From assembly GCA_965204725.1 (NCBI GenBank), contig OZ242005.1, positions 4,659,699-4,723,698 on the forward strand: a stretch of 64,000 nucleotides of DNA, read 5' to 3'. The stretch is from Candidatus Latescibacterota bacterium (GTDB taxonomy: Bacteria > Latescibacterota > UBA2968 > UBA8231). Each line of letters opens with the position of its first letter. Positions within the stretch are counted from its first letter, which is position 1. Under the pieces are notes generated by a model. The model was not told the origin of the DNA, did not search any database, and was given only the letters and a program-made list of their open reading frames with translations. A program made the translations under genes and the position numbers. Shown one piece after another: positions 45,933 to 54,222 of this stretch.

Positions 45933-47245
45933 GTGAACCAACCCAAATCCATCGCCCCGGCCACGGGCAAACTCGGCGTCCTAATTCCCGGCATGGGTGC
46001 TGTGGCCACCACGGTTATCGCCGGCGTCGAAGCCATCAGAGCCGGTATCGGCCAGCCCATTGGCTCACTGACCCAGATGGCTACCATCCGCCTAGGCAAG
46101 CGCACTGCGGGCCGCTCGCCACTCATCAAGGACTTTGTGCCTCTGGCCGATCTCGACAGTCTAGTTTTTGGCGGCTGGGATGTCTTTCCAGAGGACGCCT
46201 ATGACTCGGCTGTCCACGCCGGCGTCTTGGACGAGAGGCTGCTCGACCAGATCAAGGATCCGCTCAAGGGCGTCAAGCCAATGCCCGCAATTTTCGACCG
46301 CAGTTACGTGCGCCGCCTCGAAGGCTCTAACGTCAAAAGCACCAAGAGCAAGTGGGACGCCGTGTTGGAAGTGCGCGAAGACATCCAGCGCTTCAAGGCG
46401 GACAACCGCGTCGAGCGGCTGGTGATGATCTGGTGTGGCAGCACTGAGGTTTTCATGCAGCACCACGAAGTACACAACGAGATCGAGAGCCTCGAAAAAG
46501 CCATTGAGGAAAACCACCCGGCCATTCCCCGAGCATGATCTACGCCTACGCCGCGCTACAGGAAGGCGTGCCCTTTCTTAACGGCGCGCCGAACTTGACC
46601 GTGGACGTCCCGGCCATGGTCGAATTGGCGCGGCAAAAGGGCGTGCCCATCGGCGGCAAGGACTTCAAGACCGGCCAAACCCTGATGAAGACCCTGCTCG
46701 CTCCCGGTCTCAAAGCGCGGATGCTCGGTGTGCAGGGCTGGTTTTCGACCAACATTTTGGGCAATCGCGACGGCGAGGTGCTCGACGACCCCGACTCATT
46801 TAAGACCAAGGAAGTCAGCAAGCTCGACGTGCTAGAGTTTATCTTGCAGCCCAACCTCTACCCCCAACTCTACGGCGATATTTACCACAAAGTGCGTATC
46901 AACTACTACCCGCCGCGCGGCGACGAGAAAGAGGGTTGGGACAACATCGACATCTTCGGCTGGCTGGGTATGCCCATGCAGATCAAGGTCGATTTCCTCT
47001 GCCGCGATTCGATTCTCGCCGCGCCGCTGGTCTTGGATTTGGTGCTGTTTGCCGACTTGGCGCAGCGAGCGCAGATGGCGGGGATCCAAGAGTGGCTCTC
47101 GTTTTACTTCAAAAGCCCGATGACCGCGCCCGACCTCTACCCCGAACACGATCTCTTCATTCAGCTAATGAAGCTCAAGAATACGCTGCGCTTCTTGCGG
47201 GGTGAAGAGCTAATTACCCACTTGGGGCAAGAGTACTACGACTAA
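45933..47245 (+). pseudogene. ino1: myo-inositol-1-phosphate synthase, interrupted by a single frameshift (or sequencing error)
   Basis: The GTG is preceded by AAAGGAG. Two abutting ORFs (ending 46538 and starting 46535) together cover a full bacterial/archaeal-type MIPS. The reading frames switch by -1 at ATTCCCCGAGCATGA (46523-46538). Confidence 0.8.
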
Positions 47246-47327
47246 GGGTAAAGCCTGGGCGTGGTTATACCCGCCCTTCGCGCGTACCGCCGGCCACCAA
47301 ATGGCTGATATACGCCTGCCAGCACCC

Positions 47328-48143
47328 CTACTCCTTCACAGCACCCGCCGTCAGCCCCTGCGTGAAAAATCGCTGGGTGAAGAGAAAGAACAGCACCGTC
47401 GGCACCAAGGCGATGATTGAGGCCGCTGAAATGTAGCGCCAATTGACCCCAAAGACGCCTTGGAGACTGGCCAATCCCAATTGCAGGGTGTACAGCTCGC
47501 GGCTTTTGAGCACCACGAGCGGCCACAGAAAATCGTTCCACTGGGCCACGAAGGTAAAAGCCGCTTGAGCGGCGAGAGCCGGTTTGACTAGGGGCATCAT
47601 AATGCGCGCATAGATGGTCCACGGGCCGCAGCCGTCGATGCGGGCGGCGTCCTCTAGATCGGTGGGAATGGTGGTGAAGGCTTGGCGCAGGAGAAAGATG
47701 CCAAAGGCATTGACCGCCACCGGCAGGATGACGCCCGCATACGAATCCACGAGGCCCAGCTTCAAGGTGACGATAAAGAGCGGGATTAAGAGGACTTGGA
47801 ACGGCACCATGGTCGTCGCCAATATGCAGTAGAAAATGGCTTGGCGGCCGCGAAAGCGCATGCGGGCGAGGGCGTAACCAGCCAGCGAGCAGCACGCCAA
47901 ATTGAGCAAGACGGTGGCGATGGCAATGTAGAACGTATTGAAGAGGTAGCGCACAAACGGGAGGATGTTCCAAGCCTTGGCGAAGTTGCTCCAGACGATG
48001 GGGTCGGGAATCCACTGCGGAGGATGGGCGAACAGATCGGCCGCCTCGGATTTGAGCGCGGTAGATAGCAGCCAAGCGAAAGGGGCCAGCAAGATCGCGC
48101 CGACCACACACAGGACCGCGTAGAGCAGAATGCGCTGGACCAT
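47328..48143 (-). CDS. carbohydrate ABC transporter permease (MalG-like)
   Basis: The start is at the internal ATG (MVQRILLYAV...). It has 6 TM segments and the EAA loop region DLEDAARIDGCGPW. Confidence 0.85.
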   Translation of the reverse strand: MVQRILLYAVLCVVGAILLAPFAWLLSTALKSEAADLFAHPPQWIPDPIVWSNFAKAWNILPFVRYLFNTFYIAIATVLLNLACCSLAGYALARMRFRGRQAIFYCILATTMVPFQVLLIPLFIVTLKLGLVDSYAGVILPVAVNAFGIFLLRQAFTTIPTDLEDAARIDGCGPWTIYARIMMPLVKPALAAQAAFTFVAQWNDFLWPLVVLKSRELYTLQLGLASLQGVFGVNWRYISAASIIALVPTVLFFLFTQRFFTQGLTAGAVKE

Positions 48144-48144
48144 C

Positions 48145-49065
48145 TCAAGCTCCTCGCCCGGCGAGGCGAAAGTTGAGCAGGGCAAAGACCAATATGACGA
48201 CCAGCAAGCAGAGCGAAACGGCCGCGGCGTACCCTACTTCGAGGTATTTGAATCCGAGCGTGTAGATGTAATAGGCCAACAAGTTGGTGCGGTGAAAGGG
48301 GCCGCCGCCGGTCATCACGTACACTTCGCCGAAGGTGCGCAAGGCCGCAATGGTGGCGATGATGGAGACCACGAGGGTGTAGGGCTTTATCGTCGGGATG
48401 ATGACGTGGTACACGACCTGCCACCAACCGGCTCCATCGACGCGGGCCGCTTCTTTGAGCGGGGCCGGGATGCCCTGCAAGCCAGCCAAATAGATGATCA
48501 TGTAGTACGGCGCAGCCTTCCACACGGTGACCATGCCCACGGCAAACAGGGCAAGCGCCGGCTCGGTCAACCACGCAGTTTCGATCTCCACGCCCAGCAG
48601 GCCCAAGAACACCTCGGGGACGCCGCGCACATCGGCCAGCCACGACGGGCCGCTGACGCCCAGCCCCTTGAGGAAGGCGTTGAGCAGGCCGTCGGCGTTG
48701 TAGAGCCACTTCCAGACGATGCCAGCGACGACGATGGAGGTGACGACCGGAATGTAGTACAGGGTGCGAAACACTTTGATCAGCCGCAACGAGTTGTCGA
48801 GCAGGAGCGCCATGAAAAACGAGAGCACGACGAGCGCGGGCACGACGATGATCGCGTAGAGCAGGGTATTGGCCAAGACCCGCCAAAACAACTCATCGCC
48901 CCAAGCGCGGCGAAAATTGTCGAGGCCGACAAAGGTTGGCGGCGAGAAGATGTTATAGCGGTGCAGGCTGAGATAGAGCGTGTCGAGCAAGGGATAGGCG
49001 AAAAACAGGACCAGGAGCAACAGCCCGGGGGCGACAAAGCAATAAGGTGCGTAGCGTCCGTACAT
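48145..49065 (-). CDS. carbohydrate ABC transporter permease (MalF-like)
   Basis: The start is at the internal ATG (MYGRYAPYCFVAPGLLLL...). The EAA loop is LKEAARVDGAGWWQ. Confidence 0.85.
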   Translation of the reverse strand: MYGRYAPYCFVAPGLLLLVLFFAYPLLDTLYLSLHRYNIFSPPTFVGLDNFRRAWGDELFWRVLANTLLYAIIVVPALVVLSFFMALLLDNSLRLIKVFRTLYYIPVVTSIVVAGIVWKWLYNADGLLNAFLKGLGVSGPSWLADVRGVPEVFLGLLGVEIETAWLTEPALALFAVGMVTVWKAAPYYMIIYLAGLQGIPAPLKEAARVDGAGWWQVVYHVIIPTIKPYTLVVSIIATIAALRTFGEVYVMTGGGPFHRTNLLAYYIYTLGFKYLEVGYAAAVSLCLLVVILVFALLNFRLAGRGA

Positions 49066-49075
49066 GGTTAAGGCT

Positions 49076-50344
49076 CTATTCGGGTTGGTCAGCGGCAAAG
49101 CGCAACAGGTGGTTCCACTTGGACTCAATGCGGCTCAGGGCCGCGGCCGCGCTCTGCTGACCAGCCAATGCTTTGGCGAACTCCTCGTGGAGGATGTCCT
49201 CCATCCGGCTCCAGCCCTCGACGTCGGGTGGGGCCATGACAAAGGAGTGGGCGAGGTTGGCCGCGGAAAGCTGGTTGGCCGCGTCGGCCAGCGTGGTGGG
49301 TGGGCGGCGAAAATAGGGATCGGCGGCCGCAGCCACGGTTGAGGGCAAAATCGCGACTCGGCGGCAGAATTCGAGTTGGTTGGCGTCGTTGGTGACAAAC
49401 AGCCCTAAGTCAACGGCTTCCTCTACGTGCGGCGAGGCTTTGGGCACGACCAAGACTTGGTTGGTGGCCGGCACTTGGCCGAGGCGGCCCCGCGGCATGG
49501 GTGCTGGGACCGCCTTTTTGGCAAAGGAGTCGTCGAAGTAGCGGGTGATCCACCCGCCGGAAAAGGGCAGCATGGCGGCCCGCCCCTCGATGAACCAATT
49601 GACCTCGTCGCGGTGGGCCGCAGCGAGTGCTTCGGGCGGCACGATCCCTTGCTGATAGGCGTCGATCCACTTTTGCAAGATGGCCTCGGCCTCGGGGTGG
49701 TTGATGCGGGTGCGGCGGGCGTTGGGAACGAAGAGCGGCCAAAATCCATCTAGGCGCAACAGGGTCCAAGGCGGGGCTATGAGCGAGGGATGCAGCCGCC
49801 AAGAGACGCCGTATTTGCCGGTGCGCTCGCGGATTTGGCGGCCCATGGCGAGCATCTCGTCGATGGTCGCTGGCGGGTGCTCGGGGTCGAGGCCGGCTTG
49901 GGCGAAGAGGTCTTTGTTGTACCAGAGCATGGTGACGCCGGCGTACCACGGGATGGCGTAGTTGCGGCCTTGGAAGTAGCCGATGCCGCGCCAGAAGGTG
50001 GCGAGCCGTTTGGCCTTTTCGGCCGGCGCGACCGCCTCGTCCATATCGACGAGGATGTCGTATTGCAGGAAGCGGGGCAGGTCGTAGATGTTGGCCAAGT
50101 CAGGGGGCGCGTCGCCGACCAAGGCGGCGAGGAATTTTTCGGCCACTTCGCCGCCGCTGACATCCACCCACTTGACTTTTACGCCGGGACGCGCCTGCTC
50201 GTACTCGGCGATCATGCCCAAGATGTAGTCGGCGAACGCATCGCCGAGGGCAATGGTCCAGAACTCGAGGGTGACCGGGGCGTCTTGGCGCGGCTCAGGG
50301 CCGCAGGACGAAAGGCCGAGGAGGAGGCAGAGGGCTAAGGGCAT
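49076..50344 (-). CDS. ABC transporter extracellular solute-binding lipoprotein (family 1, sugar)
   Basis: 422 aa with a lipobox in the signal peptide, MPLALCLLLGLSSC. The start overlaps the nth stop (TAATG). Confidence 0.85.
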   Translation of the reverse strand: MPLALCLLLGLSSCGPEPRQDAPVTLEFWTIALGDAFADYILGMIAEYEQARPGVKVKWVDVSGGEVAEKFLAALVGDAPPDLANIYDLPRFLQYDILVDMDEAVAPAEKAKRLATFWRGIGYFQGRNYAIPWYAGVTMLWYNKDLFAQAGLDPEHPPATIDEMLAMGRQIRERTGKYGVSWRLHPSLIAPPWTLLRLDGFWPLFVPNARRTRINHPEAEAILQKWIDAYQQGIVPPEALAAAHRDEVNWFIEGRAAMLPFSGGWITRYFDDSFAKKAVPAPMPRGRLGQVPATNQVLVVPKASPHVEEAVDLGLFVTNDANQLEFCRRVAILPSTVAAAADPYFRRPPTTLADAANQLSAANLAHSFVMAPPDVEGWSRMEDILHEEFAKALAGQQSAAAALSRIESKWNHLLRFAADQPE

Positions 50345-50988
50345 TAGCGGCTCTTAAACAGGCTCTTGCGGCCTATCCTGCTGCACAAAGAACACTCGGT
50401 CGGTTGGTGGCCGCGCGCCGGGCAATGCTCGCGGCCGAAGTAGATGATTTGCAGATGCAGGTCGTTCCAGCGCGCTTGGGGGAAGAGACGCTTGCAGTCT
50501 CGTTCCGTCTGCTCAACGCTCTTGCCGCTGGACAGCCCCCAGCGGTAGATCAGCCGATGGATGTGGGTATCCACCGGAAAGGTCGGCACCCCGAAATTCT
50601 GGGCCAAAACGACTTGCGCGGTCTTGTGTCCCACCCCGGGCAGGCGTTCGAGCGCGGCTAGATCGGGTGGGACTTGGCCGCCGTGTTCGGCGAGCAGGAT
50701 GTGCGAGAGTTGCCAGATGGACTTGGACTTGCGCGGGGCCAGCCCGCAGGGGCGAATGATTTGTTCGATCTCCTCCACGACCAGCTCGACCATGCGCTCG
50801 GGCCGGTCGGCGCGCGCAAAGAGCGCCGGCGTTACTTGGTTGACGCGCACATCGGTGCATTGCGCCGAAAGCAACACGGCAATGAGATGCGTGTAGGGAT
50901 CCCGGCGTTTGAGCGGGACGGCGGGATTGGGATAGAGCCGCTGGAGTACGTCGAGGACGATCTGAACTTTGGCCGCGGTTGTTGGCAT
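50344..50988 (-). CDS. nth: endonuclease III
   Basis: 214 aa with a helix-hairpin-helix LPGVGHKTAQVVL, the catalytic-region VDTHIHRL, and a C-terminal Cys cluster. Confidence 0.9.
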   Translation of the reverse strand: MPTTAAKVQIVLDVLQRLYPNPAVPLKRRDPYTHLIAVLLSAQCTDVRVNQVTPALFARADRPERMVELVVEEIEQIIRPCGLAPRKSKSIWQLSHILLAEHGGQVPPDLAALERLPGVGHKTAQVVLAQNFGVPTFPVDTHIHRLIYRWGLSSGKSVEQTERDCKRLFPQARWNDLHLQIIYFGREHCPARGHQPTECSLCSRIGRKSLFKSR

Positions 50989-51023
50989 CCTATAGCAATC
51001 CTAAATGACTTGCAAGCATGTAG

Positions 51024-51106
51024 AGATGCTTCGCTACGCTCAGCATGACACACAGACAGCAGCTTCGTGCCCCAGCCCTTGTCATACTGAGCGTAGCGAA
51101 GTATCT
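51024..51106. repeat. inverted pair of the GTCATGCTGAGCG.AGCGAAGCATCT repeat unit
   Basis: 51024-51050 is the reverse complement of the unit seen at 13875-13950. 51081-51106 is a direct-orientation variant (GTCATACTGAGCGTAGCGAAGTATCT). Confidence 0.65.
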
Positions 51107-51176
51107 CATACCCAACACGCCATGCAGAACATCCCGTATGAAGGATGTAGGACGGCTATATCGCGTCCGCTGCTGC

Positions 51177-52310
51177 TCAAGATGATTTGCTGCTTGCCGC
51201 CCACTGCTTTTTCATCTCCACCATCTCTTCATTCGGCGCGATTTTCCTGCGGGTGATCTGGCCGTTGGGATCGTGGAGCCAGCGGCCCTGATTGTCGCGG
51301 AGGACGGGCATTCGCTGGGCGACGGTGGGGGGTTCGGCCACGCGGGTGGGTTTGGCCGCGTACCAGTAGGCGACGCTGCTCATCTCGTTACAGAGGTGAT
51401 TGCCGTGGCCGTGTTCGATGGTCGCCTTGATTTCCCGCTCAAAGCGAACCGGATTTTCGAGGTGGTGGACGTATGAGGTTTGGTAGCCGTCGGTGTTGTC
51501 TTCGTGAATGGAGGAGCCGTTGCGCAAAAAGGCGTTGTCCTGCATACCCCAAGCCTGATTGAGGTAGTCCTCGCTGCCGGTGCCGTGCAATTCGGGGGGC
51601 CACTTGTAGCCATCGACCCAGATCATGTCGTCGCCCTCGCCCCACCAAGTGCCTTGGAAGTTGGTGACGCTGATGTTGCAGCCGATGTAGTGCCCGCGGC
51701 CTTGGGTCTCCAAGATGACGTAGTTGTGGTCCCAAGCAGTGTGTTCCTTGTTGGCGATGTTGGCCTCCGGCGCGTTGACGCGGATCTCGGGACCCCAGCC
51801 GCCAAAGGGATTTTCGCGGCGGAACTCCGCGTGGAAGTACCCGGCCTCGTTCGGCACCGCGCCGGTCTCGTAATCAACGTAGAAGTACTGGCGGTGCCGG
51901 TCGCTGCTCTCGTTGACCAGCTCGACGACGGCTCGCTGGCGGAAGGGCATTTGCACGTAGGAGTTGAGGGCGCAGCCGGCATTAAAAACATGGTTGCTGC
52001 GCGTCGAAGCAGAAAAAAGCAGGGACTGGTAGGAGTTGACGAGACCGTGCCCGAGGCCGAAGAAATCGCCCAACGGGCACACCACGCTGGGAAAATCTGC
52101 ATCGTCCCAAGTGATCTTGAGCAAGCACTCTCGGTAGTGATTGGCTTGGGTCAGCCAAAGGTGCGTGATGCGGCCGGGGCCTTTGATGTCGGCGAGGACG
52201 GTGCTCTCGCCGGGTTCGATCCACCAAGCGTCGCTGTTGCGGCCCGTTTCGTCCCAAGACGAGGCGCGCCCGGTCTGGGCGGCGCGGATGTAGGCGAGTT
52301 GGTCGAGCAT
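51177..52310 (-). CDS. DUF2961 (GH172-like) family protein
   Basis: The start is at an internal ATG preceded by GGAG. SSWDETGRNSDAWWIEPGESTVLADIKGPGRITHLW is the characteristic DUF2961 N-terminus. Confidence 0.8.
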   Translation of the reverse strand: MLDQLAYIRAAQTGRASSWDETGRNSDAWWIEPGESTVLADIKGPGRITHLWLTQANHYRECLLKITWDDADFPSVVCPLGDFFGLGHGLVNSYQSLLFSASTRSNHVFNAGCALNSYVQMPFRQRAVVELVNESSDRHRQYFYVDYETGAVPNEAGYFHAEFRRENPFGGWGPEIRVNAPEANIANKEHTAWDHNYVILETQGRGHYIGCNISVTNFQGTWWGEGDDMIWVDGYKWPPELHGTGSEDYLNQAWGMQDNAFLRNGSSIHEDNTDGYQTSYVHHLENPVRFEREIKATIEHGHGNHLCNEMSSVAYWYAAKPTRVAEPPTVAQRMPVLRDNQGRWLHDPNGQITRRKIAPNEEMVEMKKQWAASSKSS

Positions 52311-52323
52311 GGAGGGCTCCTTT

Positions 52324-53538
52324 CTAAGCCTTGACGGCACCCGTCTTTTGCACCTGTTCGTAAATTCGAGCGAATTCCGCGGACCCGTCGTCGTTCCAGA
52401 CCTCGCTCCGCACACCGCGCACATTGCCCTCGACAAACCCGGTCAGCCGCTCGACCGCCGGGATGCTCGGGGTGTAGTACCGAGTGCCGCCGGGCAGGTG
52501 CAAGACGCCGACGTGGCGCGGCAGTTCGCTCTGGGGCCGCGCAGCTAGTTCTTCTAATACGCGCTCATCGACCTCCACGCCCAGCCCCGGCCCCTCGGGC
52601 ACCGGAGTGCTGCCCTCGCTGACTTCGAGGCGGCCCCCGGTCACATCCTCGGCGTACTGGTCGTCGAGGTTGGTCGAATGCGAGACATTGGGAATGACCG
52701 CGCCCAAGTGCATGGCCATGGCCTTGCACAAGGTGCCGCCGGTGAGCTGGACCACAGTCGAAAGGCCGGCCGCGGCCGCAGCCAAGCCCCGGCGGATGGA
52801 GTGGCCAATGCCCATTTCGCCGATCATGTAGAGGTCGGCCACATCCCGCTGAATCTCCGGGCCACCCCCAAGCTGCGGCACGTGCATCAAAAGCGGCAGG
52901 AAGGTCTTGGAGCGCAGCAAGCGCCAGCCCTCGATGTCATAGGGATAGAGCGGGTCTTCCAAGAAGCCGACGACTGGAAACTTTTCCAGCTCATCGACGA
53001 TCCGCAGCACGGCCGTAGCGGGCCGATTGTGGTTGAAGTCCCAGTGGACCTTAAAGCCGGGCGGCGCGACTTCTTGGGCGGCGCGCGTCTGTTCGATCAC
53101 GTCGTGGTGTTCGGCCGAGTGCATCTTGAAAATGGTGTAGCCCTCTTGGGCGGCGCGTTGGATCTCGCGGGCAAAGTCCTCGGGGGCCGCCGGTCGGGTC
53201 CACGCCGCCACGGGCACGCGGTCGCGGACCTTCTGGCCCAACAGCTTGTACGCCGGCTCTTCGATGGCCTTGCCCATGGCGTCGTACAGTGCGCCCATCA
53301 GGCCGGTGTTGAGTGCTCCGGCAACGTAATTGAACGGCGATTGGTCGATCAGGCCCGCGATTTGCCCTTCGGAGAGCGCGGTGTGACCGCGCGCATCGCC
53401 GTAGCCGACAACGCCGTTGTCGAGCGTCACGCGAAAGACGGTCTGGGTGTCGATTCCAGCGAAGCGGACCTCGTGGCCTTGGTAGCGGTCGCAGAGCCGC
53501 GGATTGAGGTGAAAGCATTCGACGTTGGTGATTTTCAT
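52324..53538 (-). CDS. enolase-superfamily enzyme (mandelate racemase/muconate lactonizing family)
   Basis: The start is at an internal ATG preceded by AGGAG (MKITNVECFHL...). KVHWDFNHN and GFLEDP supply the metal-ligand segments. Confidence 0.85.
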   Translation of the reverse strand: MKITNVECFHLNPRLCDRYQGHEVRFAGIDTQTVFRVTLDNGVVGYGDARGHTALSEGQIAGLIDQSPFNYVAGALNTGLMGALYDAMGKAIEEPAYKLLGQKVRDRVPVAAWTRPAAPEDFAREIQRAAQEGYTIFKMHSAEHHDVIEQTRAAQEVAPPGFKVHWDFNHNRPATAVLRIVDELEKFPVVGFLEDPLYPYDIEGWRLLRSKTFLPLLMHVPQLGGGPEIQRDVADLYMIGEMGIGHSIRRGLAAAAAGLSTVVQLTGGTLCKAMAMHLGAVIPNVSHSTNLDDQYAEDVTGGRLEVSEGSTPVPEGPGLGVEVDERVLEELAARPQSELPRHVGVLHLPGGTRYYTPSIPAVERLTGFVEGNVRGVRSEVWNDDGSAEFARIYEQVQKTGAVKA

Positions 53539-53557
53539 GGGTGTGCTCCTAAAAGGT

Positions 53558-53776
53558 TCAGTGAGAGGGACGCTCTTCTCGGGCCGTTTCAATTGCCGCC
53601 TCAATATCCTCGATAGTCAAATCCTTAAAAAGCTCCTTGCGCTCTTTAGTGTAGTCGCCGTAGCCCGTTGTGAATTGGCCGCAGAAGCGCACGGCATCTG
53701 CTGGCCCCATTTCCCGCACCAAGAGCTGGATAGCCTGCTCGTTAATGTCGCTTAATGGCCTAGCTGGGACTGCCAT
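53558..53776 (-). CDS. small protein, putative partner (antitoxin?) of the upstream PIN protein
   Basis: 72-aa ORF overlapping the PIN gene's 3' end by 25 nt. The product is acidic and helical (…GYGDYTKERKELFKDLTIEDIEAAIE). I recall similar small proteins next to PIN genes but cannot name a family. Confidence 0.5.
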   Translation of the reverse strand: MAVPARPLSDINEQAIQLLVREMGPADAVRFCGQFTTGYGDYTKERKELFKDLTIEDIEAAIETAREERPSH

Positions 53777-54213
53777 TTTTCTATCTCCTCCGCAAGTTCT
53801 AACGGTGAAACTGCTTTGGTTTTACCTTTGACCGCTCGCTTTGCTTTCCGCAGAAACGAATCGTCGCAAGTGCAGAAAAGGTCTGCCTCGCCAGCTTCAG
53901 CCGATGCAAGATGCAGACTGTCTAACGCCTCAATCCCTGTTTGGTGTAGCTCTTTGGTTCGCCTTGCTACAGTTTCCGAGTGTTGAATACATATCGGTGC
54001 CGCCAAAATAGTTTCCAAGGCAAATGCCCGGCGTACTGGGTGCGGATTACGCACAATTTCAAAAGTAAGCACATCGGACGACATAAGTTCAATGCGACCG
54101 GCTTTAACAAGATCGAGAATGCTCAAAACTGCTTCGGCCTCAAGGCGATTGCGAAGTTGCCACTTGTCGTCGAGAGGACGCTGAAGGCTGCAAGTGTCGA
54201 GATAGACTCTCAT
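53752..54213 (-). CDS. PIN domain ribonuclease (VapC-like toxin)
   Basis: 153 aa. The acidic quartet is positioned as in PIN domains: MRVYLDTCS, EAEA, ALDSLHLA and CTCDD. Confidence 0.75.
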   Translation of the reverse strand: MRVYLDTCSLQRPLDDKWQLRNRLEAEAVLSILDLVKAGRIELMSSDVLTFEIVRNPHPVRRAFALETILAAPICIQHSETVARRTKELHQTGIEALDSLHLASAEAGEADLFCTCDDSFLRKAKRAVKGKTKAVSPLELAEEIEKWQSQLGH

Positions 54214-54222
54214 GCTTGGCGG

